This document shows, one piece after another, positions 1 through 8,456 of a stretch of 23,739 nt of DNA. The stretch is taken from NCBI GenBank assembly GCA_003133025.1, contig PKZK01000193.1:1-23739 (forward strand). The letters are read 5' to 3'. The position numbers and the translations under genes are program-made. A model generated the notes under the pieces. The model searched no databases. It was given only the letters and a program-made list of their open reading frames with translations, and had not been told where the DNA came from. Origin of the DNA: Vulcanimicrobiota bacterium. Lineage in GTDB: Bacteria; Vulcanimicrobiota; Vulcanimicrobiia; Vulcanimicrobiales; Vulcanimicrobiaceae. Each line of letters opens with the position of its first letter. Positions within the stretch are counted from its first letter, which is position 1.

Positions 1-659
1 ACGTTGCCGAACGTGTCGCCCAAGACTTGCACTTCGACGTGCCGCGGCTTCTCGACGAGCTTTTCCAGATAGAGCCGGCCGTCTTTGAAATTGGCTTCGG
101 CTTCGGCTTGCGCGGTGGCGAAGGCGTGCTCGAGTTCGTCGGGCCCGTTGACCGCGCGCATGCCCTTGCCGCCGCCGCCCGCGGTCGCCTTGAGCATCAC
201 GGGATACCCGATCTTGCGCGCCGCGGCCAGCGCTTCGGTGGGCGAAACGAGGATGCCGGTGCCGGGGGTGGTGGGCACTTTGGCTTCCTGCATGATGGCT
301 TTGGCCGTGGCCTTATCGCCCATCTGCTGGATCACCGAGGGTGCGGGGCCGATGAAGGTCAGCCCATGATCGGCGCAGATCTCCGCGAAGCGCGCGTTCT
401 CGGCCAGGAAGCCGTAACCCGGATGCACCGCGTCGGCGCCCGAAATCAACGCGGCCGAAATGATGTTGGGGATGTTGAGGTACGAGCGCGCGCTCGGGCC
501 GGGACCGACGCAGTACGCTTCGTCGGCGCGGGCGACGTGCAGCGAGGCGCGGTCCGCTTCGGAAAAGATGGCGACCGTTTCGGCGCCGGCCTCGTGCGCG
601 GCGCGGTTGACCCGCAGCGCGATCTCGCCGCGGTTCGCAATCAGAATCTTCTTGAACAT
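1..659 (-). CDS. accC: Acetyl-CoA carboxylase biotin carboxylase subunit (N-terminal part; runs off window start)
   Basis: Manual translation from ATG at 659: MFKKILIANRGEIALRV...AVHPGYGFLAENARFAE...FIGP...MGDKATAK, hallmark biotin carboxylase motifs. Absent from the ORF track because it is truncated. Confidence 0.97.
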   Translation of the reverse strand, partial: MFKKILIANRGEIALRVNRAAHEAGAETVAIFSEADRASLHVARADEAYCVGPGPSARSYLNIPNIISAALISGADAVHPGYGFLAENARFAEICADHGLTFIGPAPSVIQQMGDKATAKAIMQEAKVPTTPGTGILVSPTEALAAARKIGYPVMLKATAGGGGKGMRAVNGPDELEHAFATAQAEAEANFKDGRLYLEKLVEKPRHVEVQVLGDTFGN

Positions 660-1102
660 TACGACGCGTCTTCGAGCGCGAACAGCGGTTGCCCGTATTC
701 GACGGCCTGGCCGTCGCCGACGTAGACCGCCGACAGTTTGCCCGGAGCCGTCGTGCGCACCGGGTTGCGAATCCCGAGCGCCTCGACGTAGGCGAGTTCG
801 CGGCCGGCTTCGACCTCCGCACCCTCGGCCACGGCCGGACGCGAGAAGCGGACGATGCCCACGAACTCGGCCTTGAGCACCTGACCCGGCTGCGCCGGCT
901 GCGCGGCCGCGCCGTTGAGATAGGGCGCTTCGAGGGCGGGCACGTCCGCGACGGGCTCAATGGAGGCCTCGGCCGGAGGCGCGGGCCTCCGGCTGACCTC
1001 GATCGTCAGCTCGTCCTCCTCGATCCGAAAGCGTTCGAGGCCGGCATCGACGCAGAACGCTGCTGCTCGCCGTACTCGCGCGACCGTTTCGTCCCAATCC
1101 AC
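659..1102 (-). CDS. accB: Biotin carboxyl carrier protein-like protein lacking the biotinylated Lys
   Basis: GTG start (MDWDETV...), AccB-like N-terminus, Pro/Ala linker, biotinyl-domain C-terminus (VGDGQAVEYGQPLFAL). TAATG overlap with accC. EAMKM motif replaced by EALGI. Confidence 0.85.
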   Translation of the reverse strand: MDWDETVARVRRAAAFCVDAGLERFRIEEDELTIEVSRRPAPPAEASIEPVADVPALEAPYLNGAAAQPAQPGQVLKAEFVGIVRFSRPAVAEGAEVEAGRELAYVEALGIRNPVRTTAPGKLSAVYVGDGQAVEYGQPLFALEDAS

Positions 1103-1131
1103 AGCCCGTGCCGTTCGAGCCGCGAGGGAGC

Positions 1132-1596
1132 CTATCCGCCCGGCAGCCGGGTCACCTCCGCGCGCGCGCCCGCGGGCAGACGCTCCAGGGCCTCCCGGTA
1201 GTCCGGGTCGATCTCGGCCAGCGGCGCGAGGGCGAAGGCCCGCTCGAAGAGCCGGGCGTGGGGGATCACGAGGTCGGGATCGGCCAAGCGCAGGTCGCCG
1301 TAGGCCAGGATGTCGAGGTCGACGACGCGCGGACCCCAGCGGAAGGTCTCGGTCCGGCCCAGTTCGGCTTCCAGACGTTTCAGTTCGGCCAGGAGTTCGT
1401 GCGGGCCGAGCGCGGTTTCGAGCAGCACCGCCGCGTTGACGAACGGCGGCTGGTCGGTGACGCCCCACGGCGCGCTCCGGTAGAAGGACGAGCGGGCCGT
1501 CACCTCACCCAGGCCCGCGAGCGCAGCGACGGCCCGCTCCAGCGTGGCCTGCGAGTCGCCGAGATTGGAACCCAGACCGATCCGCGCGAGCGCCAT
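1132..1596 (-). CDS. folK: 2-amino-4-hydroxy-6-hydroxymethyldihydropteridine diphosphokinase
   Basis: IGLGSNLGD, DQPPFVNA, RWGPRVVDLDIL, LVIPH motifs. Confidence 0.97.
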   Translation of the reverse strand: MALARIGLGSNLGDSQATLERAVAALAGLGEVTARSSFYRSAPWGVTDQPPFVNAAVLLETALGPHELLAELKRLEAELGRTETFRWGPRVVDLDILAYGDLRLADPDLVIPHARLFERAFALAPLAEIDPDYREALERLPAGARAEVTRLPGG

Positions 1597-1608
1597 GGCG
1601 GGGGCGCC

Positions 1609-1968
1609 TCAGCGCGTCGCGCGCAGCGTGACGGCCGGCGTGGCGCCGGCGAGCAAGCCGGGCTTGGCGATGGTCAATTCCGCGGCGGCGACCCGGGCGT
1701 CGCGCATGACCTCGGCCAGGATCTCGTCGCCCAGACGCTCGAGCAATGCGTACGAGCGCTCGCGCACGATGAGGACGATCGTGGCGTGCAGCGCGGCGTA
1801 GTCGAGCGTGTCCTCGAGCCGGTCGCTGCGCCGGGCCGCGGCCAGGTCGACGTCGAGACGGAGGTCGAGATCGAAGGGCTGCGGATGGTCGCGCTCGCCC
1901 GGATTGGCGCCGTGGCGTCCGTAGGCCCGGATGGCGCGCACCTCGATGCGATCGCGCGCGGCGCTCAC
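1609..1968 (-). CDS. folB: Dihydroneopterin aldolase
   Basis: C-terminal part of ORF 1609..2751: DRIEVRAIRAYGRHG..ERDHPQPF..SDRLEDTLDY..LLERL..IAKP. GTGA overlap with the folP stop. Confidence 0.95.
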   Translation of the reverse strand: MSAARDRIEVRAIRAYGRHGANPGERDHPQPFDLDLRLDVDLAAARRSDRLEDTLDYAALHATIVLIVRERSYALLERLGDEILAEVMRDARVAAAELTIAKPGLLAGATPAVTLRATR

Positions 1969-2807
1969 GCGCCGCTCCAGCCGTCGGGCCGCCAGCCGCG
2001 CGCGATCGCGTCGGCAACGCGCACCGTGTCGCGCATCGCGGCGACGTCGTGCACGCGCACGATGTCGATGCCCGCCGCGGCGGCGAGCGCAACCGTCGCC
2101 GCGGTCGCAAACGCGCGCTCGTCGACCGGACGCCCCGTCAGCTTTCCCAGCGTCGACTTGCGCGAGGTGCCGAGCAGCGTCGGGAAGCCCAACGCAACAA
2201 GACGCGGCAAGGCTCCGAGCAACGCCAGATTCTGTTCGGGCGTCTTGCCGAAGCCGATGCCCGGATCCAGGACGACGCGCTCGCGCGGAAGGCCCGCGGC
2301 GACCGCCCGCGTCGCTTGAGCGTACAGCGAACGCAACACGCCGTCGACGTCGGCGCCGCCGTTGTGCATGATCGCAACCGGCGCACCGCAAGCCACCGCC
2401 GCTTCGAGCAACGCGGCGTCGAGACCGTGAATCGAATTGAGCAGATCGCCGCCCGCCGCGTGCGCGGCGCGAAAGACGGCGGGTTTGAACGTGTCGATCG
2501 AGAGGATGGCCTCGGGCGCGGCGGCGCGCACGGCGCGCACGGCGGGCACCAGCCGGCGCAACTCTTCCTCGAGCGGGATCGGCACGTGTCCGGGGCGCGT
2601 CGACTCCGCCCCGAGGTCGAGGATGTCGGCGCCCGCGGCGCGTTGTTCGAGCGCGCGCTCGAGCACCGCGGCGGGTTCCGCCAAACCGTCGCCGGAGAAC
2701 GAATCGGGGCTGGCGTTGACGATGCCCATGAGGTACGTGCGCTCGCCCCACACCAGGCGCGCGCCGCGAACCTCGAGCGCGTCAGCTTCGCGAACGCTCG
2801 GCGACAT
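1965..2807 (-). CDS. folP: Dihydropteroate synthase
   Basis: MGIVNASPDSFS, GAESTRPG, SIDT, DPGIGFGK, GTSRKS, RVHDV. Confidence 0.97.
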   Translation of the reverse strand: MSPSVREADALEVRGARLVWGERTYLMGIVNASPDSFSGDGLAEPAAVLERALEQRAAGADILDLGAESTRPGHVPIPLEEELRRLVPAVRAVRAAAPEAILSIDTFKPAVFRAAHAAGGDLLNSIHGLDAALLEAAVACGAPVAIMHNGGADVDGVLRSLYAQATRAVAAGLPRERVVLDPGIGFGKTPEQNLALLGALPRLVALGFPTLLGTSRKSTLGKLTGRPVDERAFATAATVALAAAAGIDIVRVHDVAAMRDTVRVADAIARGWRPDGWSGA

Positions 2808-4104
2808 TCGTCAGCCACCAATCGCGCAGCGTGCCGACGACGAAGGTGGAACCGGTGACCACCACGATGCCGTCGCCGTCGCCGTTCCGGCGCGCGATCG
2901 CCAGCGCTTCGACGGGTTCGCCGATGGCGCGCGCGGCGAAGCCGTGCTGCTCGGCCATGTTGGCCAAGCGCGACGGGCGCGTCGAGGTGCGCCCGGGCAG
3001 CTCGAAGGCCGTGAAGATGAACGAACTCGGCAACCCGAAGAGCGGCGTGAGCACGCCGAGCGCGTCCTTTTCGTCGGAGACGGCGATCACGAACGTGAAG
3101 CGCTTTCCGGGAAAGGTCTCGCGCAGCGCTTCGGCCAGGCTACGCGCCTTGTCGGGATTGTGCGCGACGTCGAAGACCACCGCCGGATGCGCCGGAAAGA
3201 ACTCCATGCGTCCGGGAATCACGAGATTGGCGAAGCCCGCTTCCACCTGCGCGGGCGTGGGCCGCAAGTCCGCGCGCAGCGTCTCGAGCGCGACGATCGC
3301 GGTCGCGGCATTGCGTTGCTGGAAACGGCCGAGCACCGGCAAAGCGAGCGTATAGGTCGCGCTCTGCGTGACGACGTCGAACGACTGACCGTACCGCTCG
3401 CCGGAACGCGCGACGACTTGCGCGTGTTCGGAGACGGCGATGAACGGTGCGCCGGCGCGCCCGCAAGCCGCTTCGATCACCTCGCGCGCGGGGCTTACCG
3501 CGTCGCTGACCAGCGGCACGCCGGCCTTCGCGATGCCCGCCTTATCGCGCGCGATCAACTCGACCGTGTCGCCCAATATCTCGGTGTGGTCGAGGCCGAC
3601 GTTGGTGATCACGCTGGTCTCGGGGCGGAGCAAATTCGTCCCGTCGAGCGAACCGCCGACCCCGACCTCGATCACCGCTACGTCGACCTTCGCCTCGCGG
3701 AAGTGCACGTACGCGAGCGCCAACAGCGTTTCGTAATACGAAGGCCGCCCGTACTCTTGGGCCGTCGCCTGCAGCGCGGGCATCATCTCGTCGAGCAGCC
3801 GCGCGAACTCTTCTTCTTCCACCGCGCGGCCGTCGATGCGCGCGCGTTCGGTCATAGAACTCAGGTGCGGCTTGGTGTGCAAACCGGTGACGCGGCCGGA
3901 GGCGGTGAGGGCGGCGGCAATCATCGTGCAGGTCGAGCCTTTGCCGCTCGTGCCGCCGACGTGGATCGTGGGATACTGCAGGTGCGGATCGCCGAGGTTG
4001 CGCAGCAGCGCCGACATCCGCTCGAGGCGCTGCGGATTGCGGCGCGAGGCGGTCTCGTTGATCGTGCCCAGCAGATACTCGCCGGCTTCGCGAAAGGTCA
4101 TCAT
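2782..4104 (-). CDS. folC: Folylpolyglutamate synthase / dihydrofolate synthase
   Basis: IHVGGTSGKGST P-loop, IEVGVGGSLDGTN, ITNVGLDH, KAGI, PGRME, DVAHNP, VTGS. ATGA overlap with the mog stop. Confidence 0.95.
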   Translation of the reverse strand: MMTFREAGEYLLGTINETASRRNPQRLERMSALLRNLGDPHLQYPTIHVGGTSGKGSTCTMIAAALTASGRVTGLHTKPHLSSMTERARIDGRAVEEEEFARLLDEMMPALQATAQEYGRPSYYETLLALAYVHFREAKVDVAVIEVGVGGSLDGTNLLRPETSVITNVGLDHTEILGDTVELIARDKAGIAKAGVPLVSDAVSPAREVIEAACGRAGAPFIAVSEHAQVVARSGERYGQSFDVVTQSATYTLALPVLGRFQQRNAATAIVALETLRADLRPTPAQVEAGFANLVIPGRMEFFPAHPAVVFDVAHNPDKARSLAEALRETFPGKRFTFVIAVSDEKDALGVLTPLFGLPSSFIFTAFELPGRTSTRPSRLANMAEQHGFAARAIGEPVEALAIARRNGDGDGIVVVTGSTFVVGTLRDWWLTNVAERSRS

Positions 4105-4586
4105 CCGTCTTTGACTGCGCCCGCGAGCAAATCGAGCGCGTGCGGTAACACGGGACGCACGACGCCGAGCGTTTCGCGCACGGCTTTGGGACTGCCCGGG
4201 AGGTTGACGATCAAGGTGGCGCCGCGCACGCCGGCGATGGCCCGCGAGAGCATCGCGCTCTTCACGATCGCCATCGAGGCGGCGCGCATCGCCTCGCCCA
4301 TTCCCGGCACTTCGTAATCGAGAATTGCGGCCGTCGCCTGCGGCGTGCGGTCGCGCGGGGCGAGCCCGGTGCCGCCGCTGGTCACGATCAACTGCACGCG
4401 TTGCGCGTCGCAGAGATCGATCAATTCGGCCTGCAATGCGGCGGGATCGTCGGGCAACACGCGGGTGCGTTCGATCGCAAACGAATCGCCGAGCACCTCG
4501 CCCACGACGGGCGCGCACGCGTCGGGCCGCGTGCCCGAAGCCGCCCGGTCGGAGAGGATCACCACGGCCGTCCGGTACGCACTCAC
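4101..4586 (-). CDS. mog: MogA/MoaB-family molybdopterin adenylyltransferase
   Basis: VILSDRAASGTRPD, TSGGTGLAPRDRTP, VPGMGEAMR, LSRAIAG, NLPGSPKAV. GTGA overlap with the moaC stop. Confidence 0.92.
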   Translation of the reverse strand: MSAYRTAVVILSDRAASGTRPDACAPVVGEVLGDSFAIERTRVLPDDPAALQAELIDLCDAQRVQLIVTSGGTGLAPRDRTPQATAAILDYEVPGMGEAMRAASMAIVKSAMLSRAIAGVRGATLIVNLPGSPKAVRETLGVVRPVLPHALDLLAGAVKDG

Positions 4587-5065
4587 GCGGGCTCCGCCGG
4601 CCACGTGCCGCTCTTGCCGCCGCGTTTTTCGACGAGCTGGATCGACTCGATCGCGATGCCGCGTTCGAGCGCCTTGGTCATGTCGTAAATCGTCAGGGCC
4701 GCGATCGCGGCGGCCGTCATCGCTTCCATCTCGACGCCCGTCTGCGCGTTCGTGCGCGCCGAGGCGTCGATGCGCAAGAGGCCGGGCTCGTCCCAGGCGA
4801 AGCCGACCTCGACTTGCGCGAGCGGTAGCGGGTGCGCGAGCGGAATCAAGTTCGCGGTTTGTTTGGCCGCCATGATGCCCGCCAATTGCGCGGCCACGAA
4901 GGCGTCGCCTTTCGGCAACGTCACCGCGCGCAGCGCCTCGGCCGTTGCGGCCGACATGCGCACCAAGGCTCGTGCGCGAGCGAAGCGCTCCGTGACCGCC
5001 TTGCCGGCGACGTCGACCATCACCAGGCCGCCGTCGGACCGGACGTGCGTCGGCCGGCCGGCTAT
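4583..5065 (-). CDS. moaC: Cyclic pyranopterin monophosphate synthase MoaC (start uncertain: ATA 5065 or ATG 5020)
   Basis: TH...MVDV, KGD, AGIMAAKQT, LIPLAHP, TGVEMEA, IYDMTKA, KRGGKSG. Confidence 0.93.
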   Translation of the reverse strand: MAGRPTHVRSDGGLVMVDVAGKAVTERFARARALVRMSAATAEALRAVTLPKGDAFVAAQLAGIMAAKQTANLIPLAHPLPLAQVEVGFAWDEPGLLRIDASARTNAQTGVEMEAMTAAAIAALTIYDMTKALERGIAIESIQLVEKRGGKSGTWPAEPA

Positions 5066-5256
5066 CGGGCGCTCGGCGCCGAAGCGCCGCTCTGAAAGCG
5101 CATCCAGACCAGCGCGACGACGCCCAAAACCGCGAACACGACCGCGTGCTTGACGTGCGGCCCGGGCGTATGCGCGGCGAACTGCACGGTGCCGCTGCCG
5201 TAACCGACGGCGAGCGCAAAGCAGATGAGGGCGACGACGAGCGCGACGATTTTCAT
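5062..5256 (-). CDS. Small 64-aa two-TM membrane protein
   Basis: MKIVALVVALICFALAVGY...HTPGPHVKHAVVFAVLGVVALVWMRF. ATGA overlap with the uppP stop; fills the uppP-moaC gap exactly. Confidence 0.8.
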   Translation of the reverse strand: MKIVALVVALICFALAVGYGSGTVQFAAHTPGPHVKHAVVFAVLGVVALVWMRFQSGASAPSAR

Positions 5257-6095
5257 GCGATGACTTTCGTGAGGGCGAGGACCAGGCACACGGACCCGAA
5301 TACGAGGCAATACCATCCGAACGGCCGCAAATCATTCGTACGAAAGTAGCGCGTGAGAAACGTAACCGAGGCATAGGCGGTTACGGCCGCGACCACGCCG
5401 CCCACGAGCGACTCGATCAGCACGCCGTGCGCGGCCGGGGCGAAGAGCCGCGGGATCTCGAGCACCGACGCCGCGCCGATGGCCGGCGTGGCCAGCAGAA
5501 ACGAGAAGCGCGCTGCATCCTCGTGATCCAAGCCGACGAGCAACCCGGTGACGATCGACGAGCCCGAACGCGATATGCCGGGTAGCAAGGCAAGCGCCTG
5601 CGAGAAACCGACGCCGACGCCGGACGGGTAGGGTAGCGCGCCGAGCGCGATGTCGCCGGATTTGGCTCGTTTGAGTCGCTCGCCCGAGAACATCACGAAC
5701 GCGTTGAGGATGAGGAAACCCGCGACGAGCGTCGCCGAACCGAAGAGCCGCTTCACCGGCTCTTCGAGAAACACGCCGACGAGCGCGAGCGGGATCGTGC
5801 CCGCGACGAGCAGCCAGCCCAGCCGCTCGTCGGGATCCTCGCTGATGCGCCCGCGCACGACGCTGCGCGTGAGACCGCCCGCGATGCGCGCCCAATCCGC
5901 GCGATAGAAGACCAGCAGCGCAAGCGCCGTGCCCAGATGCAAGGCCACGACGAAGGCCAGGAACGTCGGATCGCTGCGATCGATGCGCCAGCCGAAGAGC
6001 GCGGGCAACAGCACGGTGTGGCCTAAACTCGAGACCGGGAAGAGTTCGCTGACGCCCTGCAAGACGGCGAGCAGCATCGCTTGCAGGAACGTCAC
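5253..6095 (-). CDS. uppP: Undecaprenyl-diphosphate phosphatase
   Basis: QGVSELFPVSSLGH, HLGT, LPGISRSG, AARFSFLL. Confidence 0.96.
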   Translation of the reverse strand: MTFLQAMLLAVLQGVSELFPVSSLGHTVLLPALFGWRIDRSDPTFLAFVVALHLGTALALLVFYRADWARIAGGLTRSVVRGRISEDPDERLGWLLVAGTIPLALVGVFLEEPVKRLFGSATLVAGFLILNAFVMFSGERLKRAKSGDIALGALPYPSGVGVGFSQALALLPGISRSGSSIVTGLLVGLDHEDAARFSFLLATPAIGAASVLEIPRLFAPAAHGVLIESLVGGVVAAVTAYASVTFLTRYFRTNDLRPFGWYCLVFGSVCLVLALTKVIA

Positions 6096-6122
6096 CGCGC
6101 GTAGTTCAGGGCGCCGGGTCGA

Positions 6123-6914
6123 CTACTGCGGGTTGAACTCGGCGCGGAAGATGTACGAGCCGGGGATCTTCGCGCAGTTCTCGATTTCGGGATTGAACGT
6201 GCTCGCGCGCGCGGCCGTCAACGCCGATTGATCGAGCGCCGCATTCCCGGAAGACTTGTAGACGGTAACGTTCGAGACCGCGCCGGTCGCCGTCAAGGTC
6301 ACCTTGACTTGCGTAACGCCCGAGGCGCCCTGCTGGCGTGCGATGTCGGGATACTCGGGGTCGACCCCGCGCGCGAGCGATGCATCGGCGTTCGGCACGG
6401 CGCAGACCGGCTTCGGCGTGGGCGTCGGCGGCGGCGGCGGCGTGGCGGGCGCAGACGTTGCCGGGCCCGCGGTCGGTGCCGGCGGACCGGTGCCCGCACC
6501 GGACGGAACGCCTTCTTCGGTGCCCGTCTTCGGCGCTACGTACGTCTGCTCGGCCGACGAATTCGACTTGTTGTTGGTCGTCTTCGGAATGTTGAGCTTG
6601 AGCTTCGGCTGCTGCGGCGGCGCGGTGGCCTTCGTGGGCGGCGGCGTGTTTTTCGGCGGCGGCGGCGGCGGCGGCGGCGTGGGCGGCGGCGGCGGCGTCG
6701 GGACCTGGACCTTGATCTTCTGGGTCACCGAGACTTTCTCGGCCTTCTCTTCCTCGGACTTGTACGGCTTGTAATTCAGAAACGAGCCGAAGAACACGTG
6801 CAATGCGATCGAAAGCGCGAACGCGTACAGGATGAACGACCGCGCCTTATCGCCGGGCGTCGACGGAGTAGCCGGGGGCTTAGCCGGCGGCGGCGTCGGG
6901 GGCTTCGTTGCCAT
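6123..6914 (-). CDS. tonB: Energy transducer TonB
   Basis: N-terminal TM anchor with SIALH (SxxxH) motif, Pro-rich linker, C-terminal YPDIARQQGASG...SSG...LD..AL TonB_C domain. Confidence 0.93.
   Translation of the reverse strand: MATKPPTPPPAKPPATPSTPGDKARSFILYAFALSIALHVFFGSFLNYKPYKSEEEKAEKVSVTQKIKVQVPTPPPPPTPPPPPPPPKNTPPPTKATAPPQQPKLKLNIPKTTNNKSNSSAEQTYVAPKTGTEEGVPSGAGTGPPAPTAGPATSAPATPPPPPTPTPKPVCAVPNADASLARGVDPEYPDIARQQGASGVTQVKVTLTATGAVSNVTVYKSSGNAALDQSALTAARASTFNPEIENCAKIPGSYIFRAEFNPQ
6655..6696. repeat. (GGC)n low-complexity tract encoding TonB polyproline linker
   Basis: (GGC)8-GTG-(GGC)5 on the plus strand, poly-Pro on the minus strand. Confidence 0.8.
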
Positions 6915-6915
6915 G

Positions 6916-7329
6916 CTAGCTCTTCGAACCCTCGATGTGATTGGCCAAGCCGAAGTTGGTCAGGTCGACGTGCTTCGCCGCGTCCATCACTTGCAGGACG
7001 GTGCCGTAATTCGCCCGCGGATCGGCCTTGATGATCACGCTCGTGTAGACGTGATTGGTCTGATCCTGTAAGGCTTTGAAGCCCGCCGGAACCTGGTCGA
7101 TGGAAAGCACGTTGGAGCCGATCTGGATCTTGTTCTTATCGTCGATGACGACGATGATCTGCGACTCCTTGACCTTGTCCGTGTTCTTGGCGTCGGGCAG
7201 TTTCGGTTCTTTGGTGACGGATGCCAAGATGATGAAGATGATCAACAGCACCAACAGCACGTCGGTAAACGGCGTGATGTTGATGGTCGACATCACATCC
7301 TCTTCGCCCTGACCGGTGGAGACCGCCAT
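6916..7329 (-). CDS. exbD: ExbD/TolR biopolymer transporter (copy 2)
   Basis: INITPFTDVLLVLLIIF TM with conserved Asp; IIKADPRANYGTV. Confidence 0.93.
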   Translation of the reverse strand: MAVSTGQGEEDVMSTINITPFTDVLLVLLIIFIILASVTKEPKLPDAKNTDKVKESQIIVVIDDKNKIQIGSNVLSIDQVPAGFKALQDQTNHVYTSVIIKADPRANYGTVLQVMDAAKHVDLTNFGLANHIEGSKS

Positions 7330-7742
7330 TACGAGGTCACGAACCCGACGTCGGTGAGGTCGGCCAGCTTGGCCGCGTCGAGGATGCGAATGATCACGCC
7401 GTACGGCGCCTTCGCGTCGGCGGTGATCGACACGTGCAGCTTGCCGCGACGGCGTGCGGTATCGGCCAGGGTGTAATAGATCGCGGCGACATCGATCTTC
7501 TTGGAATCGACGAAGATCGCGCCCTTGTCGTTGACCTCGACGTCGATCTCTTTCTTGGGATCGGACTGGGCCGTTGACGGGCTATCGTTATGGTTGGGCA
7601 GTTCCTTTTGGAAGCCCGGCGGGGTGACCAGCGCAGCGAGGATCATGAAGATGATCAGCAGGACCAGCAGCACGTCCGTAAAGGGCGTGATGTTGATCTC
7701 GGCCATGACATCGTCTTCTTGTTTCGCCGACAGTAGCGACAT
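7329..7742 (-). CDS. exbD: ExbD/TolR biopolymer transporter (copy 1)
   Basis: EINITPFTDVLLVLLIIFM; ITADAKAPYGVI. TAATG overlap with copy 2. Confidence 0.93.
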   Translation of the reverse strand: MSLLSAKQEDDVMAEINITPFTDVLLVLLIIFMILAALVTPPGFQKELPNHNDSPSTAQSDPKKEIDVEVNDKGAIFVDSKKIDVAAIYYTLADTARRRGKLHVSITADAKAPYGVIIRILDAAKLADLTDVGFVTS

Positions 7743-7754
7743 GGGTACCTGTGG

Positions 7755-8456
7755 CTAGCTGGCGCCGGCGACGGCCGCGCCGGTTCCCGGTTTGCCGGCG
7801 GACGGCTTGTACAGATCGGTCGGGATTGGTTCGCCGACGTTGTGGAAGTGCAGCATCTCGGCGAGCTGGTTGGCGGCGACGATCATCTCTTGGTTGTACG
7901 CCTTGATGCGCGTCTTGAAGTAGTTGAAGAACACGACCGAGATGACGGCCACGAACAGACCGGCGGCAGTGGTGACGAGCGCCTCGCCGACGCCGGCGGC
8001 GACGACTGCCGGGCTCGAGTTGCCCTTGATCGCGATGTCGTCGAAGGCGTGGATGATGCCGAGCACCGTACCGAAGAGGCCGACGAACGGCGCGATGACC
8101 GCGATGGTTCCGATGACGCCCAAGTTGCGCTCCAAAGAGTTCAGATGCTCCATCAACGCTATGGAGAGCGCATCTGTGATATCGGCGCGATTCTTCGTTC
8201 CGCGCTGGAGGCCGAACTCGAGAATCTTGGGCAGCATGCCCTTCTCGCTCCGGCAGATCTTGACGGCGCCCGCCAGATCGTCGGCGGCGATCTTTTGGCC
8301 GAGCTGACGGAGAAGCTCCTTGCTGTCGCCGTGCTGTTTGCTGAAGAAGACCAGCCGTTCGATCACGATCGCGACCGCCACGACGGAGCAGATCAACAAC
8401 CCGAGCATCGCGGGTCCGCCGCGAATTAGGAACTGAACAAACCCACCGAAATCCAT
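7755..8456 (-). CDS. exbB: MotA/TolQ/ExbB proton channel protein
   Basis: IAPFVGLFGTVLGIIHAF, AGVGEALVTTAAGL; GGGAGG SD upstream. Confidence 0.95.
   Translation of the reverse strand: MDFGGFVQFLIRGGPAMLGLLICSVVAVAIVIERLVFFSKQHGDSKELLRQLGQKIAADDLAGAVKICRSEKGMLPKILEFGLQRGTKNRADITDALSIALMEHLNSLERNLGVIGTIAVIAPFVGLFGTVLGIIHAFDDIAIKGNSSPAVVAAGVGEALVTTAAGLFVAVISVVFFNYFKTRIKAYNQEMIVAANQLAEMLHFHNVGEPIPTDLYKPSAGKPGTGAAVAGAS

Noticed and set aside
27..725. 232-aa plus-strand ORF
   Set aside because: Antisense shadow of accC, which is the real gene here.
1132..1135. ATAG overlap of the folK stop in frame with the accB-like gene
   Set aside because: GTG at 1102 gives a typical AccB MD start; the in-frame ATA may be chance.
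1965..2807. folP as a sul-type resistance gene
   Set aside because: It sits in a chromosomal fol operon with the ordinary GIGFGK loop and no mobile context.
2437..4317. 626-aa plus-strand ORF and many similar long overlapping ORFs in the track
   Set aside because: Antisense or alternative-frame shadows typical of high-GC DNA; no motifs, and they overlap well-supported genes.
6420..6700. GGC repeats as a CRISPR or contingency repeat
   Set aside because: They encode ordinary TonB polyproline linkers; there are no spacers.
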